From NCBI GenBank assembly GCA_041662245.1, contig JBAZSW010000004.1:11454-75453 (forward strand): 64,000 nt of DNA. The letters are read 5' to 3'. Positions 1 through 9,256 of the stretch are shown here, in pieces. Under the pieces are notes generated by a model. The model saw nothing but the letters and a program-made list of their open reading frames with translations. It did not search any database and was not told the DNA's origin. Each line of letters starts with the position of its first letter. Position 1 is the first letter of the stretch. Source of the stretch: Parcubacteria group bacterium. GTDB taxonomy: Bacteria; Patescibacteriota; Minisyncoccia; Moranbacterales; UBA9337. The position numbers and the translations under genes were made by a program.

Positions 1-1388
1 AAAAAGATTATAAGAAAGAAGTCGATTATCTAGCTATTCATCATTATCTTACTTATCAATATTGCCCTACTCCACTGACTGGATTTAAGGATATAAAAAA
101 ATTAGAACCGGCTCACTTTCTATTTATTGATTTAAAAAATAAAAAGGTTGAGAAAGAAAAATATTGGAAATTGGATTATTCCAAAAAATTGAATCTTTCC
201 CAAAAAGAATGGAAAAAGAGAATTATGCTAAAATTGGATGAGTCTGTGCGTTTACGCATGATTTCCGATGTGCCTATTGGCGCTTTTCTCTCGGGAGGTA
301 TTGATTCCAGCGCGATAGTGGCGCTGATGAGCCAGCATAGTGATAAACCCATTAAAACTTTTTCTATTGGCTTTGGCGAAAAAAAATATAATGAACTCCG
401 CTATGCTAAAATTGTTGCAAGGAAGTTTAAAACTGATCACAAAGAATTCATCGTTAAACCCAATGCTATCGAGCTCCTTCCAATGCTTGTAAGACAGTAT
501 GAGGAGCCTTATGCTGACTCGAGTGCCCTACCTACCTATTATGTTAGTAAATTGACTAGAGAATATGTGACTGTCGCTTTAAATGGTGATGGAGGTGATG
601 AAAACTTTGGTGGCTATGGTCGCTACAGCGTTCAAAAATTTGGACTTTGGTATGATAAAATTATGCCTCTTCATAAATTTATTGTCTTACCCATCAGTAA
701 GTTTTTAGCTAAAAATATTAAAAATACTTTTTTCGATAGAGCTTATGTTTTTGCCGAAACACTTTCTCAAAAATATAACTATCGGTATATTAATTATATC
801 CGCTATTTTTCCAATGAATTAAAAGAAAAAATGTACACCGATAGCTTTAAAGAAAAAACTAAAAATATTGATTCGTACGACATAGTGGCTAGTAAATTCA
901 ACGAAGCTGGAACTAAAGATAAGATGGACCAATGCCTTTACGCTGATTTTAATACTTATTTACATGATGACCTAATGGCTAAAGTCGATATTGATTCTAT
1001 GACTGTGGCGCTAGAAGGTCGTTCCCCTTTTCTCGATCATGAGCTCCTCGAGCTCACAGCTCAAATTCCCTTTGATCTAAAACTTAAGGGATATAATAAT
1101 AAAAAATATATTTTAAAAGAAGCTTTGCAAGGGCTAGTGCCAGATGAAGTGATGTTTCGACCGAAAATGGGATTTGGAATTCCGATTGATATTTGGTTTC
1201 GCGGAGAGCTTAAGAATTACGCCTATGACCTCCTTTTATCTGAGCAATCACTTTCTAGGGGTATTTTTAAAAAAGAAGCCGTTTTGAGCCTCCTAGATGA
1301 ACACACTAAAACAAAAATAAGTCATGCCTACAGAATTTGGGCGCTTATCACCTTAGAGCTTTGGTTTAGAGAATATTTCCCCTCGTAA
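1..1388 (+). CDS. asnB: Asparagine synthetase (glutamine-hydrolysing)-like amidotransferase, 5'-truncated by the window edge. The reading frame is open from position 3; the listed ATG at 171 is internal.
   Basis: PP-loop SGGIDSS motif and a conserved AsnB C-terminal region (EPYADSS, GGDE). Such amidotransferases commonly open polysaccharide loci. Confidence 0.8.
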   Translation, partial: KDYKKEVDYLAIHHYLTYQYCPTPLTGFKDIKKLEPAHFLFIDLKNKKVEKEKYWKLDYSKKLNLSQKEWKKRIMLKLDESVRLRMISDVPIGAFLSGGIDSSAIVALMSQHSDKPIKTFSIGFGEKKYNELRYAKIVARKFKTDHKEFIVKPNAIELLPMLVRQYEEPYADSSALPTYYVSKLTREYVTVALNGDGGDENFGGYGRYSVQKFGLWYDKIMPLHKFIVLPISKFLAKNIKNTFFDRAYVFAETLSQKYNYRYINYIRYFSNELKEKMYTDSFKEKTKNIDSYDIVASKFNEAGTKDKMDQCLYADFNTYLHDDLMAKVDIDSMTVALEGRSPFLDHELLELTAQIPFDLKLKGYNNKKYILKEALQGLVPDEVMFRPKMGFGIPIDIWFRGELKNYAYDLLLSEQSLSRGIFKKEAVLSLLDEHTKTKISHAYRIWALITLELWFREYFPS

Positions 1389-1410
1389 AATTTAACCCCC
1401 ATTTCTGTCC

Positions 1411-2310
1411 TTGCGAGTCGGTACTCCAACGTGGCAATCCAGAAATATGTTTATAATAAGTCACAGCAATATGCTCTACAAAAAAATTATTATTATCTCT
1501 TTTGTTTTTGGAATAATTCTTTTGTCATTGAATATTTATGGGCTTTTTATTTCTTTAAGAAGTCCTTTGATTTATAATCCGGAACTTTTCTCTCATAAAA
1601 CAAGCGACATAATCACCATGTCAGAAACTGAAGTTTTTTCAAAAATATCCCAGAGAAAAGGACACACCAATGAAGAATTCTTGGAAATTACAACGGATTC
1701 TATTCATAATGGCATGCTTCACTATTGGGACGATGAACTAAAGAATGAGTTTAATCTAAGGATTCCTATTTATGAAAATTACATACTCTTTACACTCAGC
1801 TATATCCATCCTGGAATATTTCAGAAGTATGAAATAAGTGGCTTATGGGAAAAAGGTGTTGAGCGAGGTGTTGGTTGGTGTTCTCAGTCTTCCTGTATTC
1901 TAGCCTCAGCTCTAAGATCAAATGGCTTAAAATCAAAGGTTTATGTTATGCAAAATCATACTGTTGCATTAATTGAAGTTGATGCCAAAGAAAAAAAGGA
2001 ATGGATTGCTGATCCTGATTATGGGGTAGTCATCCGTCATAGTATTGATGAAGTTGAGAGCAATCCTAAATTAATTAAATTATTTTACGAAGAAAAGGGT
2101 TACGATCAAAATACGATTAATAACTTAGTTGCAATTTTCGATAAAAATAACGAGATTGAGCGTAAGAGTAATTTCATACGCCACACAAATTATTGCTCTC
2201 TGAAACATCGAGTATTTGAATATTTTACATATGTCATAAAATGGATACTGCCATTTATATTAATTTTTCCGCTAGTCTACGCGAAGAGTATTAAGAGACG
2301 TCAACATTAA
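1411..2310 (+). CDS. Hypothetical membrane-anchored protein with a possible transglutaminase-like (papain-fold) Cys-His-Asp core.
   Basis: N-terminal TM helix. GWCSQSSC..LRSNGLKSKVYV, then H in NHTVALIEVD, then ADPDYG fits the transglutaminase-like C/H/D spacing. Start codon uncertain. Confidence 0.4.
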   Translation: MRVGTPTWQSRNMFIISHSNMLYKKIIIISFVFGIILLSLNIYGLFISLRSPLIYNPELFSHKTSDIITMSETEVFSKISQRKGHTNEEFLEITTDSIHNGMLHYWDDELKNEFNLRIPIYENYILFTLSYIHPGIFQKYEISGLWEKGVERGVGWCSQSSCILASALRSNGLKSKVYVMQNHTVALIEVDAKEKKEWIADPDYGVVIRHSIDEVESNPKLIKLFYEEKGYDQNTINNLVAIFDKNNEIERKSNFIRHTNYCSLKHRVFEYFTYVIKWILPFILIFPLVYAKSIKRRQH

Positions 2311-2320
2311 TAAAATAATT

Positions 2321-3421
2321 ATGAAAAGAAAAAGGATATTACACCTCATCACAGGTCTTGAAATTGGGGGTGCTGAGATGATGCTCCTTAAAACCTTACC
2401 AAAAATGCAAGATGATTTTGATAATCGTGTTTGCTGCATCATGGGTCATGGACCAATGGGTAAAAAATTGGAAGAAGCTGGCATACCCGTTTATTATCTA
2501 AATTTAAAAAATATTTTTGAGTTAGGTTTGATTCTCAGGTTTAGAAAAGTAACTAAAGAATTGAAACCCAATATCCTAGTAACCTACTTAATTCATGCTG
2601 ATTTATTTGGTCGTGTTTTTGGCAGATTATTTGGCATAAAAAAAATAATTTGCAACCAACGAGGGTCACTGCTACAATGGGAATTTCTGAGGGTTATTGA
2701 TAGGCTAACAAAATGCTTAGTTACCCATTATATTGTCCAAACCAAAGTCACTAAAAGAGAACTTGCGCAGAAACTTCATTTGCCTTTAGAAAAATTTACA
2801 GTTATCCCTAACTCCATTGATGTTTCAGAATATAAATTCGAACTAGACAAAGATGCAAAGAAAAAAGAATTAGGAATAAATCCTACTAATCAAAATATCG
2901 TTTGCGTCAGTAATTTGCGTCGTAGCAAGGGTCATGAATATCTATTGGAAGCTTTTGAAGAAATTTACGCCAAAAATAACAATATAAATCTGCTAATTGT
3001 CGGCGATGGTGAGCGAGAAGTTGAGTTAAGAGAAAAAACAGAAAACTACTCTTCAAAAAATAATATTTATTTTCTTGGAAAAAGAAGTGATGTAAAAGAG
3101 ATTCTTAGGATAAGTGATGTCTTTATACTCCCTACTCTTGCCGAAGGAATGAGTAATGCAATTATGGAAGCTATGGCAACGGGACTTGCGATTATCACTA
3201 CAGCTATTGAAGTAAATAAAGAACTTATCCAAGATAATTATTCGGGACTGTTGGTACCTACACAAAATAGCATAGCGATTAGTCAATCCATAGATAAAAT
3301 CACTTATAATCTAAAACTCAAAAATCAGCTCAGATTCAATGCAAAAGAAAAAATAATAAACAACTTTTCAGTAAAGGCCTGTGTCGAAAAAACTAAGAAT
3401 CTTTACAATACTATCTTATAA
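2321..3421 (+). CDS. Glycosyltransferase family 4 (GT-B, retaining).
   Basis: C-terminal EX7E-type motif LPTLAEGMSNAIMEAMATGLAIITT and an N-terminal GlycTransf_4-like region. Confidence 0.85.
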   Translation: MKRKRILHLITGLEIGGAEMMLLKTLPKMQDDFDNRVCCIMGHGPMGKKLEEAGIPVYYLNLKNIFELGLILRFRKVTKELKPNILVTYLIHADLFGRVFGRLFGIKKIICNQRGSLLQWEFLRVIDRLTKCLVTHYIVQTKVTKRELAQKLHLPLEKFTVIPNSIDVSEYKFELDKDAKKKELGINPTNQNIVCVSNLRRSKGHEYLLEAFEEIYAKNNNINLLIVGDGEREVELREKTENYSSKNNIYFLGKRSDVKEILRISDVFILPTLAEGMSNAIMEAMATGLAIITTAIEVNKELIQDNYSGLLVPTQNSIAISQSIDKITYNLKLKNQLRFNAKEKIINNFSVKACVEKTKNLYNTIL

Positions 3422-4252
3422 TTTTTTCAAAAGAAATTCATTACAACCTATACTTCTGACTCCCGTGTATTTTTCGCAGATCATATTATACTTTTTAAAA
3501 TAAACAATAATTTCTTTCACTGAAGCATACTCATAGGGATAACCACCTAACCAATCTTTTATATCAGTAAAAAAATTCATACCTCTTAAGGTTGAATAAT
3601 TTTTAATATACGAAAATGGATTTTTTAGATTAGCTACTAGACCAATAACAAAATAAGTTACATATACACATTCCATTATTTTCTTGATAGCAACATTTGA
3701 GGAATTATAAAATCTTTTTAAATTTACCCATAATTTAGAAGTACCCTCTAGTATACATTTTGTGTTTTTATTATAAATAGCCAAATAAAAAACTCCCTCA
3801 GTTTTCATTAATTGAATAACATTTTCAAAGGCTCGATACATTTCACCAGTGTGATGCAAAACTCCCCAAGAATATACTATATCAAATTGACCTAGGGTTT
3901 TAATAAAATTCTCATCTAGGGCTGAACCTTTTGTAATTTTCCAGTTTTCAGGATTGCCATTTTTTTCTTTTAGATATTTAGCACAAGCAATAGAGAAATC
4001 ATCCACATCTACACTGACGACTTCTTTTGCTCCGAGCAGATAAGCAGCTAGAGAAAATAATCCGCTTCCAGATCCAATATCCACAAAAGTTTTATCTTTA
4101 ATCTTATCTTCACCTCCTAAAAATTCTACCAATGATTTTTTAGCTTCCTGTATTTTTTCATCTGTTAGCGTTTTTAAGAAATTCTGCCAATTTTTACCAA
4201 AACTAAAATGTTTCTTATTTTTATATGTATCTTCGTATATTTCATTTTTCAT
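3416..4252 (-). CDS. Class I SAM-dependent methyltransferase.
   Basis: Motif I VDIGSGSGLFSLAA and post-I acidic residue (VVSVD). Confidence 0.8.
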   Translation of the reverse strand: MKNEIYEDTYKNKKHFSFGKNWQNFLKTLTDEKIQEAKKSLVEFLGGEDKIKDKTFVDIGSGSGLFSLAAYLLGAKEVVSVDVDDFSIACAKYLKEKNGNPENWKITKGSALDENFIKTLGQFDIVYSWGVLHHTGEMYRAFENVIQLMKTEGVFYLAIYNKNTKCILEGTSKLWVNLKRFYNSSNVAIKKIMECVYVTYFVIGLVANLKNPFSYIKNYSTLRGMNFFTDIKDWLGGYPYEYASVKEIIVYFKKYNMICEKYTGVRSIGCNEFLLKKL

Positions 4253-4266
4253 ACTTTTTATTTTAA

Positions 4267-5622
4267 TTATTTACAATATTCGCACAAGATGTTGGCTATT
4301 TTTTCTCCTGAATTTCCACGAAGAGAATGGGCTAATTCTTTTGCTGTATCAGTTTTAACATATTTATGGTTAATACAAAAATTAATTTTTTTAACTAAGT
4401 CGCTCAATGAATGAGCAATATGAGATCCATCTCTCCGTAATAAATATTCTGCATGATTAAATTTATAAAATCTTTTGACTGAACTATAAAAATCTAGTTT
4501 GTCTTCATCGAAAGCTATTCCTATAGCTGGAGTTCGCATAACTAAGGCCTCCAGAAGAACAGTTGAAACAACATTCAAAATTACATCTGAATTTTTTAAG
4601 ATATTGCCATAATGGACGAGATCTTCCATTTGAAATCCCATGCCATCATTAAGTTGAATATTTTTAGAATTTGTAGTTTCTATTTTGACATTATTATATT
4701 TTTTAAGATTTTTGTAATATTTGATATCATCTCTGGGATGTAGCCTAACCAGCAAAAACCATTTAAACACTATGGATTTTTCAAACTCTTTTATTATTTT
4801 TTCAATTATTATATTTTCATTAGGAATCATTGGATGAGTCCCTGTTGTATATGTTATAATTTTGCGATCATTTGTAATACCCAAGTATTCGCATAAATTC
4901 TCTTTACTTAATAAATTTTTGTTTTTTAGATAAAAATCTAATTGTGGTATACCAACTTTATGTACACTCCCTTTATAATCTGAGAAAAAAGATAAGATTT
5001 CCTCTTCTTGAAATTTATTCCAAATTAATATTTTCTCAAAATTAATATTTATTGGCCCCTTAGAACTTAAATTATCCCAGCTATGAACCATTCCCACTAT
5101 CGGGATGCACCTGTCCAGAGCCTCCTTTATGACGCTAAAATCAAATCTAAATGAAGGAGCTGTCACAAAAATAACATCTGGTTTTATTTTAGAAATTAAT
5201 AACTTTGTTTTTTCATCTTTAGAAAATAAAAATTTAAAATAATCAAAAAATAAATACTGTTTTTTCCAAGATAAAAAAAATCTTAGAAATAAACACAAGC
5301 CTAAGATTAGGCGCTGAGAAAAAATTAAACTTTGATCTTTAGTTTTTACATCAAAAGTAGATGAGTTAATATATTTATTAAAAGAAATAATAGTGGCTTG
5401 AGAAAAAACCATTTGAAAAAATTTAAATTTTTCTGGAATAAAATGAAGTGAAATTGAAGGATATTGTTCATAATTAAATATCTTCTTAACATCTTTTAAT
5501 GGAATTGGCGTAAAAATATGTATTTCATTATATTTTTTTAATAATAATTCCAAAAAAATAACATTTAAAAAAAGATTTTTAAATGTTGAACCAAATGGAG
5601 CAGTAATAATTATTTTATTCAT
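4267..5622 (-). CDS. Putative CMP-sugar-dependent glycosyltransferase (HP-motif; sialyl/Kdo-transferase-like or capsule-synthesis-like).
   Basis: 451 aa with a GT-B-like architecture. It carries an RLHPRDD (HP) motif and HSWDN. It sits immediately downstream of neuA/neuC/neuB. Family assignment is tentative. Confidence 0.4.
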   Translation of the reverse strand: MNKIIITAPFGSTFKNLFLNVIFLELLLKKYNEIHIFTPIPLKDVKKIFNYEQYPSISLHFIPEKFKFFQMVFSQATIISFNKYINSSTFDVKTKDQSLIFSQRLILGLCLFLRFFLSWKKQYLFFDYFKFLFSKDEKTKLLISKIKPDVIFVTAPSFRFDFSVIKEALDRCIPIVGMVHSWDNLSSKGPININFEKILIWNKFQEEEILSFFSDYKGSVHKVGIPQLDFYLKNKNLLSKENLCEYLGITNDRKIITYTTGTHPMIPNENIIIEKIIKEFEKSIVFKWFLLVRLHPRDDIKYYKNLKKYNNVKIETTNSKNIQLNDGMGFQMEDLVHYGNILKNSDVILNVVSTVLLEALVMRTPAIGIAFDEDKLDFYSSVKRFYKFNHAEYLLRRDGSHIAHSLSDLVKKINFCINHKYVKTDTAKELAHSLRGNSGEKIANILCEYCK

Positions 5623-5634
5623 ATCAATCCAGTT

Positions 5635-6369
5635 TTATTTTAGTTTTATTTTATTATTTATTTTTTTCATCATGTATTCAGCCTTTAGCCAATCAAATTC
5701 ATTATCTATATCAATTGATCTTTCTTTCGGCACAATATGTCCAACAATATTATTCCCAAAAATCTTATTTTTCTTCATCAATAGATCCCTGGTCATTACA
5801 TAAACTGCACCGCTTCTTTTGTAAGCAGTTGGCAAATCCTGACGTCTAAAAACATTCTCCTTAATGCAATACGGAAATACCCTGTCTCCAATAATTTTTT
5901 TTATTTTAATTGGATGATTGCAATCAATCTCAACAAGGCTAACTGCTGAATCTGCCTGTTTATTATTTATAATCTTTTTCAGAGTTTCATCAATATCTTT
6001 TGCCTCACGTAATGGAGAAGTTGGCTGGAGAATAACAACGTAATCAAAAATGATGCCTAACTTTTTCTCCATAAAATCATTGGCATGTTTCATGACATCG
6101 ATATGACTAGCTGTATCAGATGCTAATGCGGCTGGACGCAAAAAAGGAACCTGAACTTTTAATTTTTTTGATATATCAGCTATCTTTTTATCATCTGTAG
6201 AAACAATCAGATGGGAAATCAATTTACTTTTCTTTGCCACTTGGATTGTATAAACAACAAGAGGCTTCTTTCTTAATTTTTTTAGATTTTTTCCCGGAAT
6301 TCCCTTTGAACCGCTTCTGGCAGTGATAACCGCTAATATCTTATATTTTTTTTTCATAAATCTAATCAA
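5635..6369 (-). CDS. neuA: Acylneuraminate (nonulosonate) cytidylyltransferase, CMP-NeuAc synthetase family.
   Basis: N-terminal ILAVITARSGSKGIPGKNLKKL signature of the CTP_transf_3 family. Confidence 0.85.
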   Translation of the reverse strand: MIRFMKKKYKILAVITARSGSKGIPGKNLKKLRKKPLVVYTIQVAKKSKLISHLIVSTDDKKIADISKKLKVQVPFLRPAALASDTASHIDVMKHANDFMEKKLGIIFDYVVILQPTSPLREAKDIDETLKKIINNKQADSAVSLVEIDCNHPIKIKKIIGDRVFPYCIKENVFRRQDLPTAYKRSGAVYVMTRDLLMKKNKIFGNNIVGHIVPKERSIDIDNEFDWLKAEYMMKKINNKIKLK

Positions 6370-7525
6370 TAAATTCTTTTTGAGTGTAAAGTTTTATCTT
6401 GGCTAAAACTCTAGCGATTTCTTTACTTGTATCATTTGAATGATATAGACAAGATTGTTCATATCTACCTACCTTTAATTGACGCCTGATTGCTTTTTCA
6501 ATCTCTTTATTTGAATTATTGCAACGAATAACATTTTGCGCCCTTAAACGATTATCTTGCCTTTGCCCAATATCCACAACTGGGATTCCTAAATATGAAC
6601 ATTCCTTAATACCAGCTGAAGAATTTCCAACTAAACATCTTGCGTTGGATAGTAGTCTCAGAAATTTTTTAGGATGCAAGTATCTCAGAAATTTTATTTT
6701 ATGATCGACTTCTTGATCATTAAACAATCTCAATTCATGAGATATTTTTTCTGCACCTGCATCAAAATTAGGCCAAAACCACAAAATCTGAATATCGAAT
6801 TTATTCACTGCCTTTAGAATCTCTCTTGTATAAATAGATAAATTATCAATTTGACTTGTAACAGGATGAAACATTACCATAATATACTCTTTAGTAAAGT
6901 CAAAATTCGCACCACTACCCACATTTTTTAAATTTATATTCCCATTTTCTTTTAAAACTTTTTTTGCAACTTCAATATCCGGACTTCCAAAATTAAATAC
7001 ATATTTTTTTCTTTCTCCCATTCTTAAAATTCTTTCATATGCATCTTCGTTTGTTGCAAAATGTACATGTGAAAGTTTAGTTATGGCATGTCTTACTGAT
7101 TCATCTAACGTTCCACTTTTATCCCCTCCTTCTATATGAGCAACTGGAATATTCATATACGAAGCGGCTATAGTAGCAGCAAGTACTTCAAATCTATCTG
7201 CTCTTACAACAACTACATCTGGATTTATTTCATTAAAAACAGATGAGAATTCAACTATTCCCAACCCTACCGTCTTAGATTTTGTAATAACATTGTCGCC
7301 CTCCAAATTGAAATGAACTTCGTAAACAAATTTGTAATTCTCTTTTTCTAATATATTTTTTATATTGAAATCATGTGAAACATGTTTACTCAAAAGCACA
7401 GAACCACCTAAAACAATATGTAATTCAACATCTTCTCTTTTTTTTAATTCATTGAGAATTAAAAAATTCCGACTATAATGAATTGGACTAGTAATTACAA
7501 AACAAATCTTTCTTTTGTGAATCAT
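6362..7525 (-). CDS. neuC: UDP-N-acetylglucosamine 2-epimerase (NeuC-type hydrolysing epimerase inferred from context).
   Basis: Epimerase_2 motifs RADRFEVLAATIAA, PVAHIEGGD, DESVRHAITKLSHVHF. Flanked by neuA and neuB. Confidence 0.8.
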   Translation of the reverse strand: MIHKRKICFVITSPIHYSRNFLILNELKKREDVELHIVLGGSVLLSKHVSHDFNIKNILEKENYKFVYEVHFNLEGDNVITKSKTVGLGIVEFSSVFNEINPDVVVVRADRFEVLAATIAASYMNIPVAHIEGGDKSGTLDESVRHAITKLSHVHFATNEDAYERILRMGERKKYVFNFGSPDIEVAKKVLKENGNINLKNVGSGANFDFTKEYIMVMFHPVTSQIDNLSIYTREILKAVNKFDIQILWFWPNFDAGAEKISHELRLFNDQEVDHKIKFLRYLHPKKFLRLLSNARCLVGNSSAGIKECSYLGIPVVDIGQRQDNRLRAQNVIRCNNSNKEIEKAIRRQLKVGRYEQSCLYHSNDTSKEIARVLAKIKLYTQKEFID

Positions 7526-7531
7526 AAATAT

Positions 7532-8392
7532 TTAATAATTTTTACCTAATCTTCCTGTATATCTTTCTCTTGTGAGTTTTTCTTCGGGAAGCAAATCTAA
7601 ATTACCCGTACCCATCAATACATCATATTTATTTCTCCATTCACAAAGATCGATAAAGACATCAGGCTCATCTGCAATCATATGTGTTGTAATGGGTTTC
7701 AGCCCTTTTCCGACACTGTGAGATATTTGTGGCGTGTTTTTATCTATCGTAAAATGTTTTTCAATATAGTCGACCCCAATTCCCATTGAAAAAACTGCCG
7801 CTTCTAACCCCAAAACATGATCAGAATAACCGACAGAGTTGGCCACAGTCTTTAGCCAACAGAGTTTTTTTAAATTAGCTTTTTCCATTGGACAAGGATA
7901 AACCGATACACAATGCATAATTGTATATTTTCCTGATTTTAATATATCAATAGCTTTTAAAATCTCATCTTGGGTTGACATACCAGAAGAAACAATAACC
8001 TCTTCGAAATTATCCCTAATTTTCTTTAAAAAATCAAAATGCTTAAGATCTGTACTTGCTATTTTTATCGATTTTAACCCTAATTCTTTTAAAAATTCAA
8101 TTCGACCAAAATCATAGCATGTTGTCATAAAATCAACATTATTTTTTTCACATTCTTCCTTCAATATATAATGTGCCTCATCAGAAAGCTCAAGTGAAGC
8201 ATATCTTTTTTTATCTGGATCTATATCGCTTACATTTTTACTTTGCCAAGACTGAAATTTTACAATATCCACCCCAGTTTCTGCTGCAGATTTTATCATT
8301 TTTTTTGCCAAATCAATATTACCATTGTGACAAGAAGCAATTTCCGCAATTATTTTTGGTTTGTTACTCATATTTTTTTCCATTACATTCAA
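7532..8392 (-). CDS. neuB: N-acetylneuraminate/nonulosonate synthase (NeuB family), short form. The real start is probably the internal M of MSNKPKIIAEI.
   Basis: IIAEIASCHNGN...VDIVKFQSW NeuB N-terminal signature. 286 aa suggests a missing or shortened SAF domain. Confidence 0.8.
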   Translation of the reverse strand: MNVMEKNMSNKPKIIAEIASCHNGNIDLAKKMIKSAAETGVDIVKFQSWQSKNVSDIDPDKKRYASLELSDEAHYILKEECEKNNVDFMTTCYDFGRIEFLKELGLKSIKIASTDLKHFDFLKKIRDNFEEVIVSSGMSTQDEILKAIDILKSGKYTIMHCVSVYPCPMEKANLKKLCWLKTVANSVGYSDHVLGLEAAVFSMGIGVDYIEKHFTIDKNTPQISHSVGKGLKPITTHMIADEPDVFIDLCEWRNKYDVLMGTGNLDLLPEEKLTRERYTGRLGKNY

Positions 8393-9209
8393 AAATTAAA
8401 TAAATACTGTCTTTTGAATCCTCTTCTTCATATAAAGAATGCACCTTAATATCATTAAAAAAATTACTAAGAAAAATCTCTAGACTAATTTTACTGAAAT
8501 AGTTTCGATGATCAAACCAATGCCACCTAGCTCTACCCATTTTTTCATATTTTTTATTCGGGAAACGATTTGGAACACTTATGAAAAATTTTCCATCTTT
8601 TTTAATAAATTTATACAAGTTTTGAAATGCTGGAAGCATGTCCTGAGGAGCCATATGCTCGAAAACCTCATAGGCACAAACGGAATCAAATTTTCCGAAT
8701 CTCAATGGAAAGTTTTCAATAGTAAAATTCTCTAGTTTTATTTTTTTAGCTACACCATAATTAATTATTCCTTGTTTCAATAAATCTTTAATTAATCTTT
8801 TCCCATCTTTAATGGCAGATTTTCTTATATCTATGCCAACTACCTTTGAAACATTTGGAATTTGAGCAATCTTGATACTCACACTCCCATCGCTACATCC
8901 GACTTCCAAAACTTTCTTTCCATAATTAAAACTCTCAATTAGCTCGATTCTTCTCAGGTCGTCCTGCAACATATTTTTTACATTTTTTTCAACTTTATCA
9001 GGATAAAAAACTCTTTTAATTTGATCTTTATACTTTTCAGCACTATTATTTTGATCTTTCTCGTTCCACAAATATGATTCGATTACAACTGGCAACACGC
9101 AAGAAGAATCCGTGGATATAGTTTCTTTTTTTGCGAAAGAATTAAGCATTTTGCCTTCTTTGTCCAATAAAACAATTTTTTTAATATTCTTTATCATATT
9201 TAAATTCAA
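8364..9209 (-). CDS. Class I SAM-dependent methyltransferase.
   Basis: Motif I LEVGCSDGSVS and a Methyltransf_11/23-like layout. It overlaps the neuB start by 29 nt, so operonic. Confidence 0.75.
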   Translation of the reverse strand: MNLNMIKNIKKIVLLDKEGKMLNSFAKKETISTDSSCVLPVVIESYLWNEKDQNNSAEKYKDQIKRVFYPDKVEKNVKNMLQDDLRRIELIESFNYGKKVLEVGCSDGSVSIKIAQIPNVSKVVGIDIRKSAIKDGKRLIKDLLKQGIINYGVAKKIKLENFTIENFPLRFGKFDSVCAYEVFEHMAPQDMLPAFQNLYKFIKKDGKFFISVPNRFPNKKYEKMGRARWHWFDHRNYFSKISLEIFLSNFFNDIKVHSLYEEEDSKDSIYLIFECNGKKYE

Positions 9210-9256
9210 TAATCAATTATCATTCTATGCTCATAAAACACATTATACAACTTTTT

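Noticed and set aside
252-440. 62-aa antisense ORF inside asnB
   Set aside because: It is embedded antisense in a well-supported conserved gene and is spurious. The antisense ORFs at 3053-3286, 6519-6704, 8173-8449, 9729-9914, 25126-25964, 30109-31896, 34066-35651, 56173-58051 and 59503-59796 were rejected for the same reason.
4208-4414. 68-aa ORF between the methyltransferase and the HP-motif transferase
   Set aside because: It overlaps the ends of two convergently annotated minus-strand genes, is on the opposite strand and has no support.
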